A DNA stretch of 64,000 nt from Phoronis australis (lineage: Eukaryota; Animalia; Phoronida), in NCBI GenBank assembly GCA_002633005.1, contig NMRA01000016.1, positions 161,396 through 225,395 on the forward strand, written 5' to 3'. Within the stretch, counting starts at the first letter, position 1; every line of letters starts with the position of its first letter. The notes under the pieces were generated by a model that worked only from the letters and a program-made list of their open reading frames with translations, did no database searches and was not told where the DNA came from. Below, piece by piece: positions 52,401 through 64,000 of the stretch. Position numbers and translations under genes: made by a program.

Positions 52401-53702
52401 GTCCAGTTTTACAACAAAGTTATAACTGCATTTGACGATCTAACAATAGTTATGGTCAGTCTCGAGAAATTCTTACCAGAGACAGATCACACACACGATT
52501 GCCTGGTTTGATTAAGAGCAAATGTGAAAACCTATGAGGTGGCCCTACCATGGTGACCATCTAGCCAACATTAAAAGGTTTCAGGCACATTGATCCAGAG
52601 TGAGGACTTATCCTCTGACCTTCATTACGTCCAGTGAGGGACATCAGTAGGATTGGTGGTTTGGCTCGACCCATTCTGCTAATAGTTGTTGGATTTGCGT
52701 ATTCACCATGCGTGGTGATTCACCTTGGCACAAAATTTGGTAATGGCTAGTGGAGGGAATAATTTTTTTAGGAATCAAACCATTCTGGTTTGAGGCTTCA
52801 TTGAGAACCAGTTTTGAGTGTCATTGTAACTGAATACTGTCGTGCCTATTCATGACAATGGGCAGACAGTCTGCCATGAGAAAGTGTCGAAATCGGGATG
52901 TTCTTGTGCCCTTCATAATTAACAACAAATGGCGCTACCCTACAAGATGAAGATTCGCTTGAAGACTTCGCCCCCATGTATGTGACCTCTTAAAAAATTC
53001 TAGCACTACCTGGTGAAGACTTGGGCCCAGCTTTGGAGACGTCACTTCATTTACAAGAATTTTCATATTTTAGCATTGATTTCATTGTCTTGGAATGAAT
53101 TTCCATTCAATGTTTTTGTTGGTCTGCAAGTGTGCATGCTATCTTGCTGGTTATCAGTATGCATGTGTTTGCTACACTACGCAGGTTTAAGAAACTCACA
53201 AAATCATGCGTAGTCCATGGCTCACTGGCACTATTCTTGTACTCTAGGGTTAAACTCCCAACATTCCTCCCCTTTAGCAGGATACCATAAACAGTGACCG
53301 ACACACGGAAATGCGCCACTAGGTACGGAGAGCGGTCCGCTGTTTCTGCCAGCCAGCCGAATGGATTATCCATGTTGGCAGCATTTGGTGTGTAGGACTC
53401 ATTCATGTACGACGACACATCGACTGTGGCCTTCACAGCAGGGTTAAACAAGGCTGGCTTGGGGTCGCTACAGCGCTCTGTGCACAGGAAGAGAGAAACA
53501 GTCTAAACAACAACAAATGCAGTGTAGCAATACCAACAAGAGCACGAACATCAATAAGGTTTTTACTTATAAAATGATAGAAAGTGAACACTGTAGGAAC
53601 TTATGTACCCTCAATGTGCAAAAGCACAACACATTTGCCTAGCACAGAACACCAGGGCATAGAGAAATTGTAAACACCCAGCTTGAGCACTCAAAAGCTC
53701 GT

Positions 53703-53782
<80 letters not shown>

Positions 53783-56700
53783 ACTCGCGCAATAAATCCA
53801 AACCAGNNNNNNNNNNNNNNNNNNNNNNNNNNNNNNNNNNNNNNNNNNNNNNNNNNNNNNNNNNNNNNNNNNNNNNNNNNNNNNNNNNNNNNNNNNNNNN
53901 NNNNNNNNNNNNNNNNNNNNNNNNNNACTCGCGCAATAAATCCAAACCAGAGTCTCTCAAAAGTGCAAAAAGAGATGAAGCCCTGAAAATAAGATGCGAT
54001 GATGCTCTGTCAGGGAACTACTTCATGAAAAGTGACTGAAGACGAAAGTCAGAAATTTGGTCTTATACTCTACACACTTATACTCCACACGTAATTTTCA
54101 AAAACAATAAACCTTGCTTGATCCAAAGTACAAACTAGTCTCCGAGAATATTCACTTAGCTACATAGTTATCACTGGGATAATTTGTAGCTATTTCTAGA
54201 CTGTGACATGCTAATAATTTCCTGGCTAAACGTTAGTAATTGTGATCAAAGCGGCACGTAAGACTAAAACAGTTTTTGTACAGACGATTAAATGTGCGGT
54301 TAATGCGCATGCGTTTTCATTCGTAGGTATGATAATGTGGTTCACATGATGCGATTTCTAAAATGAATGATTCAGTGGTTCTGGCATAGCCCATTATTTA
54401 AAGCGTAGCAGTATAACTGTGAGGTACACTTGCATGAATGAGTCGAAAATTGCCACGACTGTGACTGTGTTACATCCTAATGAACGCACAAGGTATCGAA
54501 GAAAATTGTGGAACTAACAGCCCACGAGAAAACCAAGAATACATTACCTGGAGCACTTGTAGTTGGTAGACTTGTTGAGCTGGACCGTGGTTGTGGTGTC
54601 GTTGATCTGGGCGGTGTTTGCATTGTCGTTGATTCTGTTGTTGATGTTGCGATAGGCTGGGTTATAGTAGTTGTTAAAGGAATGAGTGTAGTCTGTTTGG
54701 TTGTTGTTGCTGCAGTTGTTGTTTCACAGTCAGGAAGAGGCTTGCAGTTTGCCCAGACATATGAGTAGTTAGACCAGATGCACTCGCAAGTCTCACATGT
54801 GTCCACAAAGTCACAGAATTCGCCGTTCTGCAACAAAAGAAGGTGATATGGTCAGAAAGTACCAGATCAAAAACCCGATACGCAAACACACAGAGGTTTA
54901 GGAAACATTTACTATGTGCCTGATGGTTTGAAGAATTTCTCCTGTGAAAGAAAGACAAAAAACAAAGATCTACTGGGTTAAAGGCTTTTGTATACCGCTA
55001 CAGATGCTTCAAGAGGTACACCCACAAAAGTTAGAACTTGTGGCAATGAAAGAGGCAAAAATTGAAGACACGGTTCTAAATGATATTCAACAAATACCGC
55101 CAGAAGCCAAACGGCAGTCTGAGAAACGCGTGGTCGAAATAAGTTCTATAACACCATGTGGCGCACAAAACTTGGAAAAGACCATGCTGTATGAACACCA
55201 TGAGTATACAACGGAAATGTAAGATTATACAGAATTTGTAAAACAGGTGCAACAAAGGCAAAATGCTTGGACGAGTTCTCCAAGATACCCTTGAAGACGT
55301 GATCGATGCAGTCGTTATAAAAATGGTAACGTAAATACATGACTTCGAGAGACTGTTTTAGAAAAGGCCTATGTAAATTTTGCACATGATATTAAAATTT
55401 GAAAGAATTTATTTGGTCAAGCAGTGCAGGTAATTTAGGAGCTCATAAATAATGGATATCGTTTATTGTTAAAACGCTGTTTAGAGAATGTGGAGCGTTG
55501 GTAGAGGCTTGACAAGATGTAAAGTACATGCCTGTACATGCACGCACCCAGCGTGGGGGGGAGACTCGAATCCTCGGCGTTGTGGACCTTTTGGTATCAA
55601 CGCGGAGCGTTGAAATGCGCCCACGAATGCATTGCAAATGGTGTGCTTTTAGGGTGATTTATTTGTATTATAAAAATGGCCTAGATGGTGCAAAAACATA
55701 CAATCCATCAAAAAACCGGAAAATGCCGTATTTCATAAAAATCTGTCAAGGATTACTTCAGAGAAACAAAGGAAAACAGAACAAAAAGAAATTGCTACTA
55801 GTGGGCACAGTGTCCGTTGGATCCGCCTGAAAGTCGTCATCATCGTCTGTTATCTTCATATAAATACACTTACTAAATTTAATAAAGATACTGCAGTGGG
55901 TTTAGGAGATACAACTATGGGCGTAAAACAAAACTACCACAAGGAGGCGCAACAGTAGTCAGTCACCATCATCAAAGGTCGTCTTCACACTGAGAACATA
56001 TATGCCAATTTTCAAATGATTTGGTTGATACAGGGGTGGACATCAAAAACAAGATTTGAAAACGGCAAAAATGGCCACTAGATGGTGCAAAATACCTCGA
56101 TTCCATCCAAAAACAGGAAGATAGCGTCATCACACTAATAGATGCCTATATATAAAATTTTATGAAAATCTGTTGAGGACCTTTGAAGATACAGAGTTAA
56201 ACATAAAAAAACCCAAAATTGCCACTAGGGGGCACAGCAGTAGTCAAATCTGTCCGAAAGTCGTTGTCATTCGTAGTCAATATCATATAAATACACTTGC
56301 TAAATTAAGTAAAGATCCTGCGAACGGTTTAGGAGATACAGCCATAGGCGAAAAAAACAAAACTGCCACTAGGAGACGCCACAGTTGTTGAAATCGTTGG
56401 AAAATCATCGTCAACCGTCCTCTTTATAGTAAGCGCATAACTGCCAATTTTCACAATCATCCTTTGAGCGGTTTGGTTGATAGAGGGGTGGATGCAAAAA
56501 ACAGACTCGAAAAACAGTAAAAATGGCCACTAGGTGGCACAAACTATGTCGAATCCATATGAAATTGAGAGGAAAGCGTCATCTCACTAATAGGTGCCTA
56601 CATATTAAATTTTATAAAAATCCGTTAAGGACTTTTGAAGATACAAAGGTAAACGCAAAAAAAAATTGCTACTAGGTGACACACCGGTAGTCGGATCCGT

Positions 56701-59700
56701 CCGAAAGTTCGCTCATGCCGTTCCATTCATGAATGGAAAATATGTGCCAAATTTCATGAACGTATGTCAAAGGGTTTTGGAGAAAGAGCAGCGGATGCCG
56801 CCCGGACGGAGATCACGGCATAATGCGTCCACATATAAATATGTGGGCGCATAAAAAGCGAGCAGACTAAAAACACAAAAAACATGGGGGTACCACTGTG
56901 AATTTTACGCGTTTGTGCTTGCTTAGTGGACTTTTGTCGCGTTTTCTCGGACTTTTTTTTTCTCGCAGGCGGACCTTTTTGCCCACTTCGGCAAATGGGG
57001 GCTTGTTTGAGCCTCCCGAGCCCCCTTGGGTGCGCGCGTGCTGTAAAAGCGTTCTTGAGAAGCAAACTGAATCCAGTTTGCTTCAAACACCCCAAAAACG
57101 AATTATTAATTTTTTCAAAGAAAAAATTGGCTGCTGACTTCGCTGACAGTATTGAAAAACCTTGATTACTCTGAGTCAAGTCAGACAATTGCTTCATAAA
57201 CCTGAGACAATGATCGCATACTCCCAACTACGCAGAAGGATTTTTGAATGTGGAAATACCCCACTGGAAGATAAATGACTGCCATCCTACACGGCGCAAT
57301 TTAACATCTCAAAATCTATCACGAGAATGAAAATGGCACAAAATGAAAAATGACAATGTCCTACCAGATAAAGAAAACACAAAATCGGCTCCTGAAATGC
57401 TCATTTAGGGGCTAAACTGCAAATGTACGCTCAGTCAAGCCAGACCAACGCTATATTGTGGTCACATTTGATAACGGCTTTTGGGACCACCCCAAACGTC
57501 TTATCAATTCTTTAACTTCATTATGCTTCTCAAAATTACTATCTACGATAACTCAAAGTGATTGAGTTTTTGTGTCGAGTTTCACTGGAGTTTGTTTTAA
57601 GGTTCCTTTCTAAGAATGATGATCAAAATATAAATATTCAAAATAACGCCAGATGGTTATTTTTGGTAACATGACCACATGCATGTGATAAAAATGTCAA
57701 AAATGTATTCCATCAACCTCGAAACAACTACTTTGACATTTTCCGGAGTATTTTAAATGGAATTCGTAAAATCAGAATACATTTAAAATGTCCCGGACAA
57801 CCCTGTTGGATTTTCTTGACATTCAAAGAACATCGATCTTTCTTCATAACCCATACTTATCGTTTGCACATTTACAATCCCGTGGGGCCAACCAAGGCCT
57901 TGGCAACATAGTTTCAAACCAGTTATACCAGACGACTCTTCTCTTTATAGAAAAGCGTTGCTTGTGTTTGTTCTTTATTTTGAAATTTACAGAGTGATGA
58001 GCGGAAACATCGCTTTTTAATTCACTTTACCAATGCTTTGCAAACTTACATTACAACTGGTCGTATTTTTATGTATGGTGTATATTTATGTACGGGTGTA
58101 AAAGTGAAGCGCATAAACGTGATTCCCTTTTGTTGCTCAGTAGAACTAAAGTAATTGTGCTCAGACAGCAAGATGCCAGGACAATTTTGACACCGTATCA
58201 TCTTGTGTTGGATATATTTTGGTATACATGATTCTCAATGCCATTTTCTAACAATTTGTCTAAATACTGAGTCCTTATTTCATTGAAAATAAACAACGAT
58301 CCTATGCAGCTCCTTTTTCTGCTGCTATTAGCACAGGTTTAATCAGGTAAAAATTATTGAGTGCGGACTACTTTCGTTATTACCCAAGCAGCTGAATTTC
58401 GACATGCACAAACCTGGTTATATTGAACTGATTTTCATGATTCAAACACCAATTATGTCCACTTTTTGCTTTCTCCGTATGAAAATAGGCAGTTTTTCAA
58501 AAAGCCGTTTAATACTTTGATAGAACTGTTGATTACATTTCATGACCCATCTGGTAAGGCTTAAGTAACTCTGTATCTACCTGAGAATACAGTATGTATG
58601 ATTATTGCTGGGCGATTATAACCCCAGGCATCTTTGGCTTGGCATTGCGCATAATAGCAGAACTGATGTGGTATCTGGACCTCGCCCTTTCATTCTTAGA
58701 CGAAGAAGTCAATGTAAATGCCAAATCCATGAAATGTCCATTCGATGTATGTATCAACGCCAAAAAATAGACTTATAATGAAAATAAAATAGTACATGAA
58801 AGGATAATCAGACCAGTGCTTTCCCTGGTCCACAAATGTCAACCACACAACATTGTTGGAGCCCTACTCGGGAATGTTTCATGGAACTGACCACAGATCA
58901 TTTGCACTCTATTCCTTTCATTTTAAATTCCTTATTTATCTAACACCACTTACAGACAACAAATTGTTGGTGTTATTACAATGACATCGTTTACAGTCGT
59001 TCTCCAAACGTAGACACTTGTTCTCCTGGGCCCTAGATCCAGCCGCACAAGAGCCACATTGCAGCATCTCTGTACACTCATTTGATAGTTGAATGTAGTC
59101 AAGGCCTTCCCCAGGCAGATCAGCATTGATGAAGTCGGATAGTTGCTCGTCACAGCTTACATTAACATAGCACTTTTCTGGTATAATACCTGCGACAAGA
59201 CCATCAAATAAGTTATACCTGGTGGCAGGGTAAACCTATAGGAGTTTAGCACAAGATTATATTGCGCACAAGCAATAATTAAAATGAGGCCATCAAAGGC
59301 AATTGACGCAATTAACGTTTTCCGAAACTGACCAAAAATAATTCATAACACTATCAAACCAACCACACGCAGAGAAAATACCAACTTACCATTTGAAAAA
59401 GAAATTAACATTATTAGTGACTCATACAGCAACGATGGTTAATGACAATATTCTTTACCAAAACATTGCAGGGAACAGGTCAGAGTAGACGGTTCAAAAT
59501 ATAAAAAACCAATAATGGTTCATTTAACATAGAGTTGGAATTTCATCCAATATTCACATCATTTAGCTGGTAGAAACTTCCCTTGTGGTGATTCGCAACA
59601 ATCAGACTAACACTAGGTTTGAAAACATTTATATCACCAGATACAGATGACAAACTTGTGAGCTTAAGCATTGACTATCAATTGCAACAAATTTTAGCCA

Positions 59701-60310
59701 CCAACAGCAAGGAGTTTTAGCAAATTAACCCCTTTCGTTCTAAGCTATATCATCAAAAGGTAATTATTTTGAAAACTGAATCTCACCAATTGAAGTTAAA
59801 ACCCAGTACCTTCCCCCTCACATCTGCACATATGATAATTTTTCAGTCAACAATTCACATTATACTTTGCATGTATTAAATTTTACAACGCTTATACATT
59901 GTATTCACATTTTCATACACCTTAATGAAGATTCCAAGAGCTTGTCAACACCTCCTACAAATTATGAACATTTTAGGAGGGCAACAAACAACTAAACAGT
60001 AATTCAAAAAGTTTTGCATGAATTGACAAGACATGTAATTTGCAACAGCAGCTCAATTAAATCTTACACTTTGGTGTTGTTGTCGGTTGCTCAGTAGTCG
60101 AAGTGGTAATGCAATTTACATTCTTCTTCACACAGATGTTCAAAGCAAATGATTCTATGAACCTTTGCTCATATCCCGGCTGACACGTCTTACAGTCGCA
60201 GCCATCACTAAAACTTGTCCCCAATGGTACAAAGTCTACATCCTGTGAAGGCCAGCTGTCGTATCGGGCTGTCTGCTCACAAGTTAGTTGCAGGTTACAG
60301 CTAGCACCAC
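46294..60310 (-). CDS. vWF/mucin/hemolectin/SCO-spondin-like secreted glycoprotein, 3' part (9 exons)
   Basis: Exons 60310-60068, 59189-58954, 54827-54548, 53477-53200, 52236-52092, 50331-50129, 49386-49287, 48184-47975 and 46442-46294 are phase-compatible. They encode Cys-rich (TIL-like) modules, a Thr/Pro/Ser tract, an FA58C/discoidin domain, TIL, a VWC-like segment and an 11-Cys C-terminal cystine knot. The 5' part was not found in the window. Confidence 0.88.
47369..47620. mobile_element. MITE with about 95-bp imperfect TIRs
   Basis: The arm attacagtaat..tttagccaatcagaagccag pairs with ctggcttctgattggctaaa..attactgtaat. Confidence 0.75.
47975..48184 (-). CDS. Mucin-like gene exon (cystine knot, part 1)
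   Basis: Reads acag|AG CAG AAG...TGT G|gtaagt; encodes NCTS..CGGTCSS..CTCCKP..LTC. Confidence 0.92.
48398..48588. repeat. Perfect 94-bp tandem duplication
   Basis: The unit caggctgcaagtacc...gtcctaatcag starts at 48401 and again at 48495. Confidence 0.92.
49287..49386 (-). CDS. Mucin-like gene exon (truncated VWC-like)
   Basis: Reads ttcag|AGT GAT GAA...GAA G|gtatga; encodes DNCREGICLG..TEC. Confidence 0.82.
49878..50055. repeat. Degenerate minisatellite of about 25 bp
   Basis: Recurrent acaag(c/t)agacacaaggtatc units. Confidence 0.7.
50129..50331 (-). CDS. Mucin-like gene exon (TIL domain)
   Basis: Reads ttag|AA TGT GAA...TAC AGG|gtaggt; encodes CVKTCED..EGCQCPFGQV..KCTDPQECPCHYDGKWY. 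Confidence 0.92.
52092..52236 (-). CDS. Mucin-like gene exon (FA58C/discoidin, C-terminal half)
   Basis: Reads gtag|GAA TTG GAC...CTT A|gtaaga; encodes FVAKTLKLSP..FNLDVLGC. Confidence 0.87.
53200..53477 (-). CDS. Mucin-like gene exon (FA58C/discoidin, N-terminal half)
   Basis: Reads acag|AG CGC TGT...GAT TTT|gtgagt; encodes VSS..GWLA..PYLVAHF..VYGILLKG..LEY..W. Confidence 0.87.
53703..53783. repeat. (CA)n microsatellite next to an assembly gap (N run 53807-53926)
   Basis: Direct reading. The sequence actcgcgcaataaatccaaaccag is repeated on both sides of the gap. Confidence 0.97.
54548..54827 (-). CDS. Mucin-like gene exon (VWC-like segment plus PTS tract)
   Basis: Reads gcag|AAC GGC GAA...CCA G|gtaatg; encodes CETCEC..CETTTAATTTKQTT..TTSAP. 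Confidence 0.9.
55511..56857 (+). mobile_element. Helentron-associated non-autonomous element (HINE/DINE-1/pearl-like) with an internal tandem array of about 140-150 bp
   Basis: Begins ACAAGA and holds 8 diverged units with a roughly three-unit higher-order pattern. A short CGGA-type microsatellite lies near 56790-56810, followed by the 3' hairpin ATGCGtCCACATAT-aa-ATATGTGGgCGCAT and an A run. Confidence 0.7.
58954..59189 (-). CDS. Mucin-like gene exon (TIL-like Cys-rich)
   Basis: Reads gcag|GT ATT ATA...TTG TCT|gtaagt; phase 1 to 0; encodes KCYVNVSCDEQ..CGSCAAG..KCLRLENDCKRCHC. This frame is not in the ORF track. Confidence 0.85.
60068..60310 (-). CDS. Mucin-like gene exon (Cys-rich module with Thr linker)
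   Basis: Reads ttag|GT GGT GCT...AAG T|gtaaga; phase 1 to 1; encodes CNLQLTCEQ..DGCDCKTCQPG..CVKKNVNCITTSTT. Confidence 0.85.
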
Positions 60311-61119
60311 CTAAATAGAGACCTCTGTTGTTCATAATGATTCGCAACTTCCCTTAAGAGTTTGTAACTACTGCTTTTGAGATGAAACCCAGATTAGAAA
60401 AGTTCTCGATGAAATAGAACCCAGCCGGCAACTTTCCATGGTAACCTAACTTTGTGCAGGGGACTTCAAACACTTTGTCCCACTAGGCATACACAGGATC
60501 TGGGCCCATAGTCTAAGCAATTGCATTGCATGATTCAAGTATACATGTTTACATTCAGTTAAATCGTGGCACGCGGAGTTGAATTAATCCATTCAGAGAT
60601 TAAAGCCCAGGCGGAGTGGAGACATAGTGTAACTGCACATAATTTCCATTTATAAGCTTGACCCAACACACATCTCTAAGGATATTGATTTAGTTTATTA
60701 AGCACTTTGTAAAATTTAGATTGAGTTGTTTTTGACAATAAGTCAGAGATTTTGACATTTTGTCTCATAGAAAATCGCCGAAATTCCGCAACACGTTTGG
60801 CAAATACAAAAATGAGAGTTGGGGTAGCATTCTTCTTGGTTTCGCAAAAAACTTTGCACAAAGCTAGACAGACTTGTACACCATTATTGAACACTACGGT
60901 AAATGTACTAGGTGTTTGAACAATCAGAAATGAGCTTGAAAGAAAGCTGCTGCATGTTGTTTCCAAGTTCTTTCAAATGCTGCTGCCCTCTTGACAAGCA
61001 GGTAAGTGAGTTAACATAGCACAGCACAGCCCGATTATTGAATAGGGTTATGAGCGGAGCACTCGAATATGGTTTGTACAAGCATCATCAAAGAATTCTG
61101 CATCAGTTACCAGGTTTCA

Positions 61120-63700
61120 GTTTGGCAACGTTAGGACCTATGCTAGGACCTCGCTAAAATCTAACCAAAATCACGTTTTCTCATTTGAAATACATGGCAA
61201 TATCTCACGTAATATCGCGAAGTCTTGCATTTTAGCGAGGTTCTAGCGTTACTGAACTCTGCCATGGTAAAGCACAATTTGGTACATAAATTCTCTTAAC
61301 ATTTCCACCAGGTGTGACACAGTAGATCTGAAGAATCAATGTGGTGCATCACTTAAAGAACTTTGAAATGGCACACCAAGCGACTGTTTATTACAAAACA
61401 GTTGGTTGCCATGGTAGGCCTGATGGTGACCTGATGTTACTGAATGTACCTGTATGTGCAACATCCATAAATTAGCTTGTCTAGCGAAACGCATTTTTCT
61501 AATAATATTAACTTTTTACAAATAGGTAAGACAAGAATTAGAAATTTCCAAATATAACCTAATAAAATTGCATTATTGTATGAGTTCCCATTTTGTTAAA
61601 TTGTTGTACAGCTTGATAAATGTGGTAGACTTATTGGTGGTGTGTGCTCAATAGTTGATTAGAATCATTAATGAATAGTAGTAGATTAAAGGGATCCAAA
61701 CTTCTGAATATAAATAGGTAAATTTTCGGATGTAATAGCGTCCTTTGTCAACAGAAACAGAAATAAAGTAAAATCAAACACTACATGACAATTGATTTTA
61801 CTCTATTTCTGTTGACAAAGGACGTTATTATATCTGAAAATTTCAGTTGATCCATTCTTGTTGTTTTATTTACCTACTTATATTATACATTTCATTTTAA
61901 AAAATGTTTAAGGAATTCATAGACAATTCTATTACCTAAAATAAGGATTCGTCACACTGAAAATCACAAAATATCACATATTCTTATTTGCCGTTATGCC
62001 GTGAAGCTAAGACTCAAAGATCACCTTAAAGTTCTCACTTTAATGGTACTCAGCTGCCATGGTGACCGTTAAATTCATGTCCACTTTCTTCCGTAACGTG
62101 ATTTTGGTTCAGCTTGGTAAAGCTTCTTATTTTGCCAAAAGATTAAGATCATTATTAAGGTTACATCGAACCCCATTTAGTGACCTTCATTCTAACCTGT
62201 ATATCAGGAAACAGGATAAGACAACTAGTATCAGTATACATTTTACAGCAGAAACAAGATCAGAGTTTGAAAAATGGTTTAAAATTCATGTGCGAGTATT
62301 ATTATTACTTTATCACCTTTTTAAGACAAGCCGAAATCACGTGTTCTCATTTAAAGTACAACGCAAAATCTCATGTACTATCGCGAAGTCGCAAGTTTAG
62401 CGGGGTCCTAGTGTTACTGAACTCTATCCTGGAAAAGTACAATTTAGTACTTCACTTAAAATTTCCACCAGGTGCGACACAGTGGATCTAATGAATCAAT
62501 GTGGTGCATCACTTGAAGAATGAAATGGCACACCAAAGGACTGTTTATTACGAAACAGTTGGTTGCCATGGTAGCTCTACTGATGATCTTATGATACTGG
62601 ATGTACATGTACCTGCAATCTCCATACATCAGCCTGTCTAGCAAAATGCACCATTCTAACAAAATTAACGTTTATTTTTTTACAAATACCTAAGACAAAC
62701 AAAACCTTAATAATTTTCTTGTACATGAGTTCCCATTTTCTTAAATTGTTGAACAACTTGATAAATGTGGTAGATTTATTGGTGGTGTGTGCACTAGTTG
62801 ATTAGGTTCAGGAACGAATAGTAGTAGATTAATGTGCTCCAAACTTCTGAAGGTTGTAAACATGAAGTGTTTGAGTAGCACTTTTGAAAGATTTATTAAA
62901 TGACTGCTTCAAGTGGCTAGAAAGCCATGTACCACCAGAAAAAAATGTTGTACTAAAACACTTTCCCAGTTATGAAATTGGTTTAAGTTTATCCCTTATT
63001 TAAATTTATAGTGACTTCAGAGCATGGAAAGAATCGACAGTTTGTCATTACTTGAGGACAGACGAAAATATGTATTACTTAATTTCTCAGGGTTATTGAT
63101 ACAACAAAGTTTGTTTAAAAAGACTCGTATTGGCGAGCTTGTTTGTGAAACAAATTAAACAGAATGGTGTATATTATGTGTATTAATTTTTTGTAAAACC
63201 TTGTGAAAAATACTGAGGCACTCAGAAAGTGTTTGGTTGGAAAACAAAGTATTAATTTTCGTTTTTAAAAATATTTAAGTAGTTTATAGAAAACTGTGTT
63301 ACCTGAAACGTGGATCTGTCACCCAAAAAATCACAAAATAACAGGTATTTGACAATATGCTGTGATCTTAAGGTGACTCATAGCTCACCTTAAAATTCTC
63401 GCTTTTATGGTACTCAGTAGCCATGGAGACAATTAAATTCATGTCCATTTTCATACTTAACATAATTTTGGTTCAGTCTGCATTGACGAAATTCTAAGAT
63501 ACTTATTTTGGCAAAAGATCAAGATCATTATTGAGGTTACCTGAAACCTTATTTAGTGACCTTCATTTTAAATTACATATCAGGAAACAGGATAAGTCAA
63601 CTTTAGTATACATTTTCTAACAGAAACAAGATCAGAGATTGAAAAATGATTTTAAAATCATGTGCGAGTATTATTATTACTTTACCCCATTTTCAAGACA
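61120..63700. repeat. Old diverged tandem duplication (unit 1.2-1.35 kb), each unit starting with a reversed MITE family A copy
   Basis: 61255-61710 aligns with 62420-62850, and 61950-62330 aligns with 63300-63700. A hairpin at 61720-61843 is present only in unit 1. Confidence 0.8.
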
Positions 63701-64000
63701 AGACATTAAATTTTGTAGCATAATACACCCCAAGTTGATATTAAAGAAACCTTTTTGAATAAAACCTTCACAATTTCCTCAAAAATGCTGACGGGGATTT
63801 TCAATTACTCATTCAGTTTTGTTTCTATGCCAAATTAACCAGCAAATGTAAGGCATTTTTGCAAATACTCAAAAAAACTATGAGTTAAGTAGAGCTCGGT
63901 AGTATTTCAAAAGTTAAATTTCGTTAGAATTAGATATTTGAGACTATACTAGCATGACTCGTTTCTTTATAGTGACATTACTTTCCTATATCACCATATC

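Noticed and set aside
53683-54039. His-Thr and Val-Cys repeat ORFs
   Set aside because: These are translations of a (CA)n microsatellite and an N gap.
55670-56690. Regularly spaced repeats as a possible CRISPR-like array
   Set aside because: The context is eukaryotic, whole units are homologous with no unique spacers, and there are no cas genes.

Overview
AT-rich animal genomic DNA with GT-AG introns. The gene and repeat content suggests a marine invertebrate, probably a lophotrochozoan; the species cannot be identified from sequence alone. Most entries in the ORF track are spurious. Splicing exons by hand gives three minus-strand genes. (1) Three exons of an astacin (M12A) zinc metalloprotease at 721-2063, with the rest of the gene not located. 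(2) An apparently complete 9-exon, 831-aa STAND (NB-ARC-like) NTPase with C-terminal TPRs at 24750-41470, with no recognisable N-terminal effector domain and motifs resembling bacterial COG3903-type STANDs. (3) The 3' nine exons of a vWF/mucin/hemolectin-like glycoprotein (Cys-rich, Thr-rich, discoidin, TIL, C-terminal cystine knot) at 46294-60310. The remainder is intronic or intergenic and holds degenerate LINE, Gypsy-like and Crypton-like remnants, several MITE/foldback families, and a Helentron-type (HINE) element with a CTCF-like motif array. Four duplications joined by a single N look like uncollapsed haplotypes. All gene models are manual, based on splice consensus, phase compatibility and motifs, with no transcript evidence. 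Identity values are eye estimates.
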